A stretch of 64,000 nucleotides of DNA from assembly GCA_010405405.1 (NCBI GenBank), contig MU004235.1, positions 1,068,538 through 1,132,537 on the forward strand. The letters run 5' to 3'. The notes below the pieces were generated by a model. The model had not been told where the DNA came from, did no database searches, and worked only from the letters and a program-made list of their open reading frames with translations. The position numbers were made by a program, and so were the translations under genes. Source of the stretch: Microthyrium microscopicum (Eukaryota). Of the stretch, positions 36,638 through 50,248 are shown one piece after another (position 1 is the stretch's first letter; every line of letters begins with the position of its first letter).

Positions 36638-39600
36638 ATTTACTATAGATTACTAAATAATTAATTCTATACGCAAATTATGATATTATTTAATGTAATT
36701 AATATAGGGTATACCTATAGTACTATTCTATAGCTAGTATTAATTTTAGCAATTAATATTAACTTTTAGGGTGTAATCCTATATAGTAATTAAGTTATAT
36801 AGAATATATAAAAATTATAAAATCTCTTAATTTTAATAATAACTAAAACTACTTAAAGCAAATAACACTTAAATTTTATAGTAAATATAGTAAATAACGT
36901 GCGCGTTTTTATATTGTATGTTAGAAAGCGTTAAAGTTCTAAATAGTTAGTAGTACTTTAAGATTAATATCTTTATTGCTAGAACTAGCTAAAGACTAAT
37001 ATTCTTTATTAGTAATTATATCTAGATTGTTTAGCGCTTTATTACTATAGTATACTTTAATAGGATCTATAGGAAGCTAAGGAAGAGTAGGAAGCTATAA
37101 ATTAAAATACTATTTGATTAGTATATTCTTCTTATAATTATACTTAGGGTAATTAATTCCTATACCTAAAAGGTTACTAAAATACTACTACTAAGGATAG
37201 GTTTAAGGGTAATACTACTATGGTAGAGTAAGATCTTTAAATTATAGTAATAGCGAGTAATTTTAATAGGAATCTGCTTATTTGTACCTCTATATCTTTA
37301 TTATCTCTTTGTCCTTAGTAGCGCGCGTATCTAAAGGCTTGATTTCTTCTTTTTTAACCCTTATTTTACGCTTCTTCTTTAGTAACTAAGATCCCTTAGC
37401 TACTACTACCTAAGATACTTAAATGAGAGTAATTTTAGGCTTAGAATCCTTAAGATCTGTAATCTATAAAGCTTTTAAAGCTTTCTTGATGGTAGCATTC
37501 TTTCGTCTTATAATAATACCCTAAAGATTGGTCTAATTCTAGTTAGTGGCCTTTTTAAACGACTTGACGGTAAGGTAATGAAAAAGAGAGGGATAGACAT
37601 AATCGTAGAGGGCAAGTTAATAAAAAAGCTATAAATCTGTAATATAAAGTTAAATTCTACGCTAAGTATTTAGTAATTCTAACAAGCCTATAATATTATA
37701 ATCTCAAAAATTTGCAACGTAGATAAATCTACCTTTTTAAGCCTATTTCCTAGATCTAGATTTTATCTATTTATCGTAAAGTTAAGCTAGATATAAGTTA
37801 AAGTAGTAATTAATTAATTACGTATAAAGAGAGGCTATTACTTTAGTAGCTATTAGGAACGTCTTCCTATTTATTTTTCTCTATCGCCGTAGATTTATAG
37901 GAACTAAAGATACTAAAGAATGATCCCATAATTATACCTATATTAACATCTCTTTAAAGATCGCTGAATACGCTAGAGGAAGCTAAATCTTAGGTAATTT
38001 TATAGCTTTAGGTATTATAGCACGTCTTCTAAACTTCTAAGTCTTCCTATCCTAATTAGGGTATGTTTTTAGGCCTGCTAAAGGATCTACTATAGGTATG
38101 TGATTAAGTACTAGATAAGGATTAAAGGGTATTATTCCTATACGTCTCTAGGTACTCCTAATATTATTTTTAGTAAAGGTTTAAGATCTAATATGCTTAA
38201 TTATGGCAAAGAAGTGTTATTTATTAAAATTGATAATTCCTTAATGGGCGTAAATATTAATTTCTTCTAAATATTAGTGTTTTTATGGTTAAAAGATACT
38301 AATATCTAATGATTATAGGAAGTACGTTAAATATAAAGGTAGAAGTAATAATTTAATCTTATTTAGCTTACAGAATAGTACGAACTAGTAGGTAAGATAG
38401 CTCTTATATCTATTAATTATTAGAAGCCGCTAGTAAACCTTCTTTCGTGCTTAATCCTTTAGCTAGTGTTACTTTAAGAGTTATTAAAAATACTATATCT
38501 AAATAAATCCTAGGTAGTTGTTTAAATAACTACTATCTAATACTACTATAGTGAAGTTAGTACTCTAGATTTAGTAGTTTCAAAGCTATTAACTTACTAA
38601 TCGCGATATCTCCTAATATAAGCCTATTAAACTAAGATTTTAAGATAATGTGGCCTTTAGTAATAAGAAGAGGCGTAATAGTTCTTCTACTAGCAAAATA
38701 GGCCTCCATAGACGTTAAATTCTCTTAATTACTAAGTAATTTAATATGATTATAATGGCTACTAAAGAACTTGTGATTATTAGGCATAATTACTATCTAG
38801 CCTCTTCCTATATTAATTTAAATGCCTATTTCATCTATATTCTACTAATCTTTAGTTAGAATATTGTATTTATTAATTGTCTCTTTATAATCCTAATAGA
38901 ACTTAGTAATGGTATCTCTATTCATTGCCTGCTTATAAGTAGCTTTAATAGTAGGTTAAAATTATAGAGCAAAAGATAAGCGCTTTATCTAACGGCGAGC
39001 CTATTTTGAGCTAATTTAAGGTTGGTTTTAGAAGAGAATATTGTTAATATTAAGGATATCTCGTTGTAGGATCTCGTTAGTAGTACTCTATATAAGCTTA
39101 ACCTAAATAGGGACCCTAATCTTTGCTATAAGGTTAAGATATTACTTTAGGGTGCTTTCTTACGCTTTAAAGAGCTTTTATTAGTTTAATTTGCGTAAAG
39201 AATAAGATTTAGCGCGACTAGTATATCGCTAATGGAGTTGTTTAGGGTAAATTAAAGGGAATTTTACGGTGAGGGTCTTCTATATAGTCCTAGGCTATTT
39301 ATCTTTAAATTCTATAGCTTTTTTGATAGTTACTTCTTCGTCTATATATAACGCGCAATTTTGCTTTATTTATTAGGTTTTTAAAAGTATATTAATAGTA
39401 GTAGAAATAATTGTTGAAGTAGTGAATTATTAAAAGAGCTAGAATTATTATATTATAGATAATAGAACTAGAACTGCTTTATTATATAAAGTTAGATCTA
39501 CTAAGAGGGTCTAAGCGTTAAATTCCTATTTATTATAACTACTTTGCTAAAAGTATATATTATTTTCTAAAAATTTAGTAGTGTGTTTAAATAGGTATAA

Positions 39601-39864
39601 ATGAAGTTTAGTAAAAATATGAAAATTATCTAATAGTTAGTTACTAAGTAGTTGTAAGGAATGTATAGAAATTAAGAAATACTAACCTAATCCTAAGTTG
39701 AACTAATGATACTTAACTATTTATGCTATAGCTAGTTTCTAAGATATAATTCTCAAAATAATATAGGATTTATAGCTTTTACTACGGAATATAATTCCTC
39801 TTTTAGAATTCGAAAATATTACGTTTTAGCTATATGGCAGCTATATAAAGCAAAGAATATAGAA

Positions 39865-39939
39865 AGAGTCCTCGTTAAGGTATCCTCCTCGTTGAGGTAT
39901 CCCCGATCGCCTGCGGCGATCGTGTTCTTAACCGATGGG
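39865..39939 (-). repeat. Right terminal inverted repeat
   Basis: Reverse complement of the left TIR. All 4 differences are C/T at CpA sites. Confidence 0.95.
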
Positions 39940-42900
39940 TACAGACCTTAGCAAATGCAAGATAGCGATTTGCCAGCTAGACCCTGTCAAGATTGCCCGG
40001 ACAATCTTGTCAATCTAAACCGTATTTGGCACAGTCGCGGAGAACGGAAGCACGCGGACTCATTTTTTGTCTTTGAAAGCTGTCAAACCTGTCTTGGAAG
40101 AGATGCATCTATCCACTAATCTTACTCCGAACTTTGCAAGGTTGGAAGCTACGATGTTTGGATCAACGCGCGGACTCGCATTCTTGTAAACCGAAGTTTT
40201 GAACAATAAATTTAAACCTTTCGGAATGTATAAGATGGCCTTCCTGATTCGGAGAAAGCCTAGGGATCCCGAGCAAAGTGATTAGAAATGATCGAGTTAC
40301 TCCGAAAATCCGTCATCGGATGCGTCGGCAGCGGGCAACGAGTAGTCAAAAATTGCCAACGGCCAAGATTTTCTGCGTAACGTCGAAAGTTTACGAGGGT
40401 GATACAGCTACTACATTTCATTGGTATAGCAAACACAGATACTGTCTATGGTGGTATAGAATAGTCACAAGTCGTCGTAGAAGCTGTTAGCTTTGTGCGA
40501 GATGAGGAATCAATAATACGAATATAGCTATGGATACCAGAATCTGGCAGTGAAAGGTCAATCAGGCTGAAATGGGTCTTGGACGGGCCGAGTTTGATTA
40601 GAGATCTGCGAGGCCCGTAAGGCTGTCGAAAGTAATTTGCTAAGCTTTGTTTCGTGCCGGATATAGCAATTCAGGGCAGTGCTTTTGGGCAAGCTTGTGG
40701 AGGGCGGACGGATCCGATGGAGATTATTTGACGAGGTAGCAAGGCGGATCTAAGTATTTGACGATTATAAGGATTATATCGATTGTCTGTTTTTTGGCCG
40801 TAGGATTATCTTCTCGGTGTTGAGGCATTTATTTTTTCTAGAACGCAGCAACAAGGCTGAAAGGAGTGTGTGAATCGTGGCAGAGAATGAGAAGCATCAG
40901 ATCAGGCGTCATATTACGGTTAAATCGAAAACACTCATTTGTAGTACGCTACGAGCTCACTCTTCATATAAAATCGACCCCACTTTAGTCGAGCTTCATG
41001 GGCTTCCCCGGTTCATTTGTTCTTTGCTTAGGTCAGGGTGGCTGATCCCAGCATCAATTCCGGCTGGACATGGTAGAATGATATTGAAGCCTTGGATTTA
41101 TTAGGCATTCTCCCATCTAGTGCCGTAGTAGAAAAAATAAACAAATAAATTCTGGGAGCGATGACGGATACTGTCCGCATGATTTGAGGGTTTGAGGGCG
41201 CAGTCAAGTGTCAGCCTGATGGGTCATCATTCGCTCGCGGCTGAAGGCGCAGCCCGAAATAGCCTTGGCACATTACATCAAACAAACCCAAAGAGGGCAA
41301 GGCAAGAAATGATTGCGATTCAATCTATCTTGACAAAATAATCGTGGTAGCCTGACTATTAGCCCAAAAGGGTATGAAATAAGCGAAGCTTGATATTTGA
41401 TGGGAAAGAAAGAGTCATCGTGGTAAGTAAATGGAGTATTTGGAAGCGACATGGATGGAAATGACTTGGTTGTTTCAGAGAGGAAAAGAAGGATGAAACG
41501 AGGATGGGTCCTTTCGGTGTTGATTATATGAAGAACAATAATAGATCGTAGGATTCACTGTAGCAGATCTCAGAAATGATAACAATTATTAGAGTTGATA
41601 GCAATTAACAAACATCTGAAGAGACGGGATGTCAACAGATGAGTCGAAAGCGGGCGCATCATGCGAGTCATCGCAGGTTAACCAGTGAGAAGCGGCTCTG
41701 CCCGCTTACGCAATGCTTTAGTTAGCGCTAGTAGCTGCTTCTGCGTTGATGATTTGCTGGGTCAGGTTCTCTGCAGTAGCGTCATGCAACTAAACTCTAT
41801 ACTGGATGGTGAATGGCTAATCTGACTTGGCTGGTGTTGGCTGCTGCAAAACGCCCAAGATTGCTCAAGACACAGGATTCACCAAGCAACCAGAAACGAA
41901 AGCAAGGCTGCGTGGATGCCACACTGCCTGCTGCTAGCATGGGAACACATATCATGGTATGATGGGCCGTGGCGAGCCAGGTCTCCTAGGTGCCCACGAA
42001 GTTGGACCAACCAGCTCAGCTGGAGAGGTAAGAGAACAGTTGGCATTGGACAGAGGGGCGGATCAGGCATGGCATCCATTCAATTTCTGGGTGCAGCTGC
42101 AAGGCAAAGAGCAAGATGTTTGAGAAAAATGTGTCCCCTCTAGAGTCCAAGGGGCGAGCTGGACCGTGCAATAATGAAGCCAAGTTGCAAAGTTGCAAGT
42201 TGCAAGGCAAAAACCCAACTTGGCCCTTTCCGGAACCACAGCCCAGCGAAAAGCGAAAAGCCCAGCGGAACCTGCGACCCAGCACGAGAGACTTGGACTG
42301 TGCTCACTGGCCACTGCACGATGACTGGAGTAATCTGAGCAATCTGAGCCCACCACGCCTGTTGTGCTGTCGCTGCTGTCGCTCAGGCTCTGGTCGACCA
42401 CCTCATCAAAACTCGACTCCTCCCCCTTCTCTCCTCCGCTCCTCTCTATCACCGCAACGATGTCTTTTCCTCTCATCTAGATCGCTACGCGCGCCTGCGC
42501 TCTATCTATCCTCCAATAAATCAACTCTCTTCATCTTCTTAATCACCTCTTTGTGTTGTTTGCCTTCCTGAATCCGCGTAACCCCAACTCCTCCGCCTTT
42601 GGTACTCGATTTCTAGCTGCTTTTGCCTCCTTTGTCTCGCAATCCACCTCCAGTCCAAGCGCCGCTGCCTGGACCCCGTCGACTCACCCACCACCCCTTC
42701 ATACAACCAGTCAACACACTATTGCCTCTTTGAACATCTGTCATCTGAGGCCTTGCCACTTTCTCCTTCTTTTATTTTAAAATCTCCCCTCCTGCTTTTG
42801 TTTCTTGTTCAGTATCACGACCTTCGACTTACCCTTCACTAATACACCTTGTTCCGTCGCCCCCTCAGTCCTTCAGGTCATCCCCCATTCCGGCCCCGCC

Positions 42901-43116
42901 ACCACAACAAATCTGGCTCTACTCGCCCAAATCGTCCTGCATCCGGCTTTATAACATTCAGACGACAACTCCTTGTTTACACCCCCCGCTGAACGCGGTA
43001 GCCCCTTTTCTCGAGTGTCTTGCAGTACTACATACTTGCTTCTTGAATGAAGTCGGTTGAGTAGCACCGCCCAAGCGCTCCCCTTTCACCCATTTCATAT
43101 TCCCTCGAATATCAAA

Positions 43117-43209
43117 ATGTTCTGTCACACTGCAATCATACCCAAAGCCGCCAGCCGCTCAGTTGTTACCGTCACCCAAGAGAAGAGCTCCGGAAACGGA
43201 TGTATCTAG
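43117..43209 (+). promoter_or_regulatory. Candidate 30-codon uORF in the long 5' leader of the cyclin gene
   Basis: ATCAAAATG strong start context; encodes MFCHTAIIPKAASRSVVTVTQEKSSGNGCI*. Sits in an ATG-poor, pyrimidine-rich upstream region. Confidence 0.45.
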
Positions 43210-43855
43210 ACCCTATCCTGGAAATTCCGAAGAAGATTCAACTCTCAGCCTTGTCTGAGATTCTGGAGATTCGGATTCTTTTCAACGGTCTTGTGCATAT
43301 CCACGGTTCCTGCTCTTACGGTACTTCTGTCGCTGGCGGTGTCTGGATATAAAGGCTGTTTTCAACGCCCAAGTCAAATTCCATCCTTGACTTGATTCTT
43401 CACCACCAAATCCGAACCTACAATCTGTTTTCTGGACCGAGATTGCACTTTTTCGACCAGTTTGGATCTGTATTTGATCATCGGCCGAGAATCTGGCCTA
43501 CTTTCGAAGTTGGATATTGAAATCGACTTTTGGCGTATTCTGCTTCAGACTACGTGTCAGCGCGAACAATCAACAACTACAACTCTCTCAATTGCTCCTG
43601 CGCGTCATCAACAGACGTGTTGCCGGAAAATTATCAGTCAACAGTTCAGTCAGACGCTCTTTTGAGTGTTTGCGCTACCAAGGGATAATTACCCGGACCA
43701 CCATACAGTCAGGTCATTGTAGGCCCACCAGTCACACCATATTCTTGTGACTTCCTCCCAACCTATACCCACTCATAACAAGTCATAAATTTCCTGGTCC
43801 TCATGCACAGCTCTGTCTAGCTGTGCTATCGTTACTCTTTTTCTGAAGAACGAGA

Positions 43856-45860
43856 ATGACTCAAGTTTTATCATCCTCCATTGGGGCCTTTTCCTCCTTA
43901 CATCAAGGTCCATATCAACAACAACTCTCCTCACCATTATCTGAATCGTCCTACTCGGAAAATTCGTCTGTCGGGATCTCCGATTCCTCAAGTCAGACGA
44001 GCAACTCATCCCAGGATGATCTGGACCGTCAAGACTCTTGGCCTTCAGTCCAGCCTGATCCTCTAGAACCTGTTGGCAAACCTGTGTATACCGGACAGTA
44101 TGTTGCTCCAACTCAGGTGGACTATGGCATCAGCCATCCGAATCCCCGCAGAACGGCTTCTCGTGACACTCCGCCCCCTACTCTTATTCGTCAGAATGAA
44201 AGGAAGGGGCAGTTTGTCTATTATCTAGTCGGTGAGTAAATTCAAAGTAAACCCCCGTCATATGTTCTAAGTCTTTCAAGATTCCGCAACCCACCTCGTC
44301 GAAGTTATCTGGCCGACTTCAGCTCCTGCATGCCATGCCAGTGCACCTCAGTGTCATCAAAGTATGCTCCCTCTTCGTACCTTTATTGAGGAAACTCTTC
44401 GGAGGTCGAAGACTAGCTTTTCGACACTGCAGGTTGCTTTATACTACCTTATCCTGCTCAAGGCTCACGTACCAGGCTATGATTTCACTATGGAGCAGCC
44501 CGAGGACTGTTCGCTAGCTCGCGCTTTACAGTGCGGCAGGCGTATGTTTCTCGCGGCGCTTATATTGGGATCAAAGTATCTGCAAGACCGCAATTATTCT
44601 GCACGTGCCTGGAGTAAGATTTCTGGTTTAGCAGTCTCTGAGATCAACCTAAATGAGCGAGCTTTCCTTGCTGCAGTCAATTGGAAGCTTCACATTCCGG
44701 AAATCACATTCAACCGATGGCAAGAAATTCTCATCAAATACTCTCACCCGTCAATGGTCCGATCGTGGAAGGTTGCGGTCAGAGGTATGGATGCCGAATA
44801 CGTCGAAACCTACGGCTATGCTACTACGATAATCTCGCCAACTACGCGTTTCCAATCAGATGAGTGGTCACCAAGCTCTCTGCCTCCTAGTCCTATGGAG
44901 TTCTCTGGCTGGCATAGCGCCTCATCAGTTTCTGCATCTCCCCGATTCGTTGAGCCGCGTGCTACGATGCAGCCGCCAATGGCACCAATGGACTCTAAGC
45001 TCCCAACACCTTCTCTGTCATCCTATCCTACTCCTGCAGCGAGTGCGGCAAATAAGATGTTGAGAATGGGTGCTTCGAAACCACGTGCTATGTGCTCTGC
45101 TATGAGCATGGCGAGCACTGTAGCCAACGCCCGTTATTGCACGGATATGCCTCCTTCAGCCCTCGGGCTCAATGGTGCTCCTGGCAGATTTAGTCGTCGT
45201 TCTTCTGTGGTCTCGACATCTAGCCAGTCCACTGTTAGTAGAACCGCCTCACCATCTCCCTCTTCGCCAAGAAGTAGTCCTGGATCAATGGTATCCGATA
45301 ACTCATCCCGCCAATCATCCATCTCATCCCTCTCCTCATACTCCCAGACCTCTCCCGTTCGCAGAAACCAACTTACCCGCCTTGCGGCTTTCAACGCCGC
45401 CAATAAGCTCAACGAGAGCACCGCTGCAGCCGGTTCTCTTGACAACTACGACGACTCTGTTACTGTGCTGGGCTCCATGCCCCTCACCTTCAGCGCCGAG
45501 TCGTACAAGCTTACTTCCAGTCCTGAGGCTATCATCGTAGAAGACGATGCCACTCCGACGCAATTTGATGTTCTCCGCGAATCGCGGAAGCGTCATCGCT
45601 GCTCAGTTGATGCGTCAACTGAGCAAGGATACTTTGGAGCCAGACCATTGCAAGATGAAGTGCGCAGTCTTTTGCGCCCAACTTTGCAACAGCCTGTATC
45701 TCGAGAGTACCTTGCGGAGCGGTCAACAGCAAACTACATGTATGATATGCCATCCAAGCCTGCCGCTAAGAAGGCTTGTTATATGACGGAAGTCAATGGG
45801 AACAGTGGTTTAATGCGTCCGGAAGGAGGTCCCGGAATGTGGGCTGGAATTCTGAGATGA
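43856..45860 (+). CDS. Pho85-type cyclin (Pcl5/Clg1/Pas1-like)
   Basis: LIRQNERKGQFVYYLV|DSATHLVEVIWP (intron 44232-44280); cyclin box LPLRTFIEETLRRSKTSFSTLQVALYYL...QCGRRMFLAALILGSKYLQDRNYSARAWSKISGL; C-terminus GGPGMWAGIL. Confidence 0.9.
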
Positions 45861-47615
45861 ACGTGGTTCCGCGTCATGTTTGATATCGGAACGCATCGAA
45901 TCCCGTCGACACTTTACGACTTGATAAACTTTTAAAAACAACCATCAAACACCCGTATCCTATAACACCATATTTGGTCCGCCACACACCAAATCCATCA
46001 TCATCAATATCCAACAACTATGATTTAAGTATCTCCATCTTCCTTTTACCAAGATACCCCCTTGTCAAGCTTCATTTCACCTACGAATTGAAACTCACCT
46101 GTCTCGGACACACGACACACCGAGCAGTGTTGGAGAAAACCAATTCCTCATGGCCTGCCGAACTGTATATTTTTCCAATAGCAATCCGCTCTCATACACT
46201 CTTTGAAGACTTTTTTCTTTTTCCTGTTATTATGGTTTGGGCTTGCGAGCCATGACGTGCGAGCTCATGGACTACGTGTGCGAGGACCACTTGTCGTTTT
46301 CGAGCGCTGAATCAGGACTTGGTGGCGAGTCTTGTTCTGTAAGGTGTGAGACGGAGGTGCCATTGGTATGTAAGAATGGTATATGTAGTTATTAGTCTGA
46401 ATGAATCGATGAAGATGTTTTTTAAATGCTCTTGCTCGTGGTGGTTATTTAAGCCCTTGGGCGACAAAGTGTTGTTGGATTTGCTAGAACTCAGGAGCTC
46501 GAGGTGCTAATTAAGTCATGCCTCGACCATCTCGTCCTCTATCGATTTGAACTTGCCATAGCTTCAGAAGCTTCATAGCTATGCCGCGCATATATGAAGC
46601 ACAAAGCTCACAGCTACACCGGCGCATAAATGAAATACAAAGCTTGAAGCTATCTCCACACATCATCAATTGGCCAGTATGTCTATCTCACCCCATAATT
46701 TCCCCATCTTACCCGCTCATGCGTTTACACAACGTGGTATAGCTACCTGTCTGCCAATCTCTACATCGCTCAGTTACATCTCCTAAAACCCTCCTCATCG
46801 GCCTCAAAATCGAGGTTGTCCTATCACGACGACACGAAATTGTGGGGAAACCATAGCAAACCAATCAAATTAATCGCAAACCTTGGATGAATTTCGTGTG
46901 ATAGGTTGAATGATGAGGCCAGTTGATAAAAAGCGGTGCGTTGAGGCCGGTTACTTTGAAATTGAGGAAGTTCTCAAAAAAGAGGCCACCAGTGAATGGC
47001 CACGAGGCTGGCGAATTCGCGGGGTTTGTGGAGTCTGTGAACCTGTTTCCATCTGAAACTAGGTCCAGAATGAGACTATTTGCCTATGAATAGACTTTGG
47101 ACTGCTTTGGGGGCGAGTATTGATCTTGGTATAAGATATGAGGTGTGACTCTAGTTTTGGGAATGGAGATGAACGTTTTCTACGACGTTGAGGTAACAGC
47201 ATTGATTACTTGTCTCTAACTCTTCTACTTCAGTGTCCTGAATACTTGACCTTGTCGGGTTCGAAGTTTCCTCACCCACCTTTCGTCAAGCTCGAACCTT
47301 CTCGTCGGCTGTAACGCTGCTGCGAATTCTACGCCGATGCTCGAATTGAGTTCCCCTATCCGATGACCATTAGACACCGGAATGGAAAGATACGAATGCT
47401 ACTCTATTTCGCGGGAGTACCCTGTCGTCGGACAAGGTTTGAAGCCTGCTGTCTATTCAGCTCGAAGCTACCCTGTTGGCTCAAGGCAAATCAATGGTTT
47501 TGGGTTTTGGCGGAAACTATCCAACTGTGATACTCATACCTGAATAGAAATCTGATAAATTAAGAGGAAAATATGAATGTAAGTCCAGCCTACTCAAACA
47601 TGACCCTCCAGGGAT

Positions 47616-48837
47616 CTATCTAACCGCTCTAGGAAACAATTGTTCAAATTCTTGCGAAGTCTTGCTGTGGACCTGCTTCACATGCCGTTTAAAGTTGTCG
47701 TAACGCGGAAATCCTTTTGACCCTTTCTTGCATTCCCAATCGTCTAGACATCGATGCTGATGCACTCTATCGCCGGCATGCATGGCCGACTCAAAATGGC
47801 GTAGCAGATCCTTGGGCGACGAAAAGCCCCGGTTACATGGTTGGCAGAATTTGTTACCAGACTCTTCATCTTGTCCATATCTCTGCAGGAGCATAGTCTT
47901 TGCCCGTGTCGTTCGTTTCCTGGAATTGCCAGTTAGTCACAAATCTTTGGGCTTGTGGTAGTGGTACTTACGATGCGCTTCGTATCCGCCGAATTTGAGG
48001 ACTGCCACTGCTGCCACTTATGTACGACGGGCTTGGCGAGTGATCAGTTCGCAGGTAGGTCTCCAAGTTTGGCTCCGGTGTTGAAGGAAACTGGTTCTCT
48101 TCATGTGGAGTCCAGTTACTGGAAAGAGATGTATCCATGGGAGCATCATATTCCACCGACTCTCTCGGCAGTGCGCTGGGATCTGGAAACGCAAAAGTTG
48201 ACAATGCTGCGCCCATGATGGAAGAAGATATTGCCTGGCTTGATTGAAGAAGGTCTTCTTCCATGTACGGATCCGATTCCCATTGTTTCATAGACTGATC
48301 TGGGAAACCATTGATGTCGCTTGGCATTTCTTGAATAGTTGAATTTCCAAGGCCTTGTTCACAAAGCATGGAAATATGTTGTCCAGCTCCAGGCTGGAAA
48401 ATCTCCAGATCAAACTACTCATATGTTAATTTTAGAGAAGAAAGACGACTTCAGAGAGCACTCACCTTTGCTATCGCCTCCATGAGGTGGTACAATATTA
48501 CGCCGTGGTTTTCCTCAAACATGTCCTCTTCTCGAAATTCCTGGAGCAATCTGCCAATTGGAAGATGATTCCACCAATGCAGCAACTGTGGATGACCAGA
48601 TACAGCTGAAGCATTACTTGCCCGACTGGACGGAAAGTTCAGAGGCGTGTGGGCCGTTGAAAATGCCAGTGAGTCGTCCATGTTGTTTGATGGCGTCGTC
48701 CTCCCCAATTCACCCGCGTAAGAGTAGGGTACTTCAAGATGAGTCTCGTGATGTTCCTCGCTTCCAGCGCAAGGAAGATGTGGTGGCAAGAATCCAGCTT
48801 CCATTGTTTCAAGATTTGACGAATAGTATATGTACAA
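47616..48837 (-). CDS. C2H2 zinc-finger protein (start uncertain)
   Basis: Last exon encodes CQPCNRGFSSPKDLLRHFESAMH and CLDDWECKKGSKGFPRYDNFKRHVKQVH. Upstream ORFs are joined by introns at ~48400-48465 and ~47920-47971. Confidence 0.7.
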
Positions 48838-50248
48838 AAATCGGCTTTAAGGGTGGCGAAGTAGATAATCTTGGTTTTCAAGTCCATCTCAGAACTGGAG
48901 TTCTTGGCAATTTAAACATTTGACTTATTTTTGGACGCGTAGCAGTAGATAGACCGGTTCATACTGGCCTCACCATTGGCTTTCCAATCGTGACGAACAG
49001 CCACAATTCATTTCTCAACGGCCTCAGAGTAAACAACAATCGTGCGGCCTCCTGAAATGCACAGCCATCCTGAACAACGGTCATATCATAGAACGGAAGT
49101 GGCAACGAATGGAACTGCAGTTCTCAGCTTGCATCTGTCACTGGGTATGACCCTTATAGGACATAAACCGAGGTGATTTAGAGAAATTGACCAAACAGAT
49201 GGCCAGGAAAGAAGTGGCCTCGAATACCAGAGTAGTCCAGTCATGCATTAGACATGTGGCTCTAAGGTGAGATAGGTGATATCCGATGCTATAGGTTCCC
49301 AAATTCCGTAAATATTCCGGCGGCTGAACTTAGTGCCCGGCAAGATTGGGGCCAGATTGAGGGTGACTCAGGGGTTACTCGGCTGAACTGCGTGATATGA
49401 AGCTATTTGAGATGACGTTGGATTCAATGCCCTGCAATGCAAAAGTACTCCATTGTCAACGGTAGAGGTGCGAGCTGTTGTTTGATTTCCGTTCTTGAAG
49501 CTGGGCGGCTTCTATGCTCTGTTGCAATGGCTTCAGATTCCTTAGGGACGACGTTCATCTTGCTTATTTGGTTCCAATTCCGTGGGCTGACAGGTAGAGT
49601 AGGCAGAGGTTTGCCTGTTGGTATTCGAAGGCATGTAGTTGGATGTAACCTTAGCTGATTGGCTGAGAATTAAGATCATGCCTGCACGTCCAAGACTCCA
49701 GACAACAGGAGAACCACCGTTTCTTCCACCTGCAACAAACTACTAGTACCCTTCCAATGTCGCACAGAAACTGTTTACAAATCATCGCTTTATTTTTGTC
49801 GTCTACGTCGGCTCTTCTAAATCGAATCCGAGTATCGTACATATCCAAAAATGAATCCACATCTTCAACATCCATGCGCCGAAATGCCAGATCACAATCG
49901 GATCTCAATACTCCATACCACCACAAAAACCACTGAAGCTTAGCAAAACGCCGAGATGCCATCACATATCACATGTGCTGGGTGATGTGAAGAGAGAGAA
50001 AAGGGAAAACAAAGGAAAAGTTATGCAGTACGTTGTGCTCGCTGTGTATGCCTCGGCAGCGCGTAAACCGATCCATCAGGCTGGCCAAAAACGCGTCAAA
50101 TGTCCTCAAATTTGAGGCATCATGCAAAATTCAGTGGACATGTCCGGATCTCCCCATCATTCGAGGAAAATCATGCAGAGAAATTCAAGCATCGATTTCA
50201 TCATCGTTTCTGCCTCATTCGTTGTATCATAACCAATCCAGCCACTTA

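Larger units (their letters stand above)
36563..39939 (-). mobile_element. Tc1/mariner superfamily (pogo/Fot1-type) DNA transposon, RIP-inactivated, with TA target-site duplication
   Basis: 75-bp TIRs (36563-36637 and 39865-39939) flanked by TA on both sides. The interior is extremely AT/TpA-rich. Minus-strand relics of a DDE_1 transposase: N(M)DE(T)GI at ~38821-38841, RLLII(DGH)KS(H)LT at ~38395-38429, and LP(PHS)T(H)FL(QP)LDI at ~38300-38346. Confidence 0.92.

Noticed and set aside
36650..39860. AT-rich island as mitochondrial insertion, centromere or horizontally transferred DNA
   Set aside because: It is bounded by TIRs with a TA duplication and contains transposase relics with TpA excess; RIP explains it.
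41879..42571. 66-151 aa ORFs upstream of the cyclin gene
   Set aside because: Overlapping ORFs on both strands with no domain features; better explained as promoter or leader sequence.
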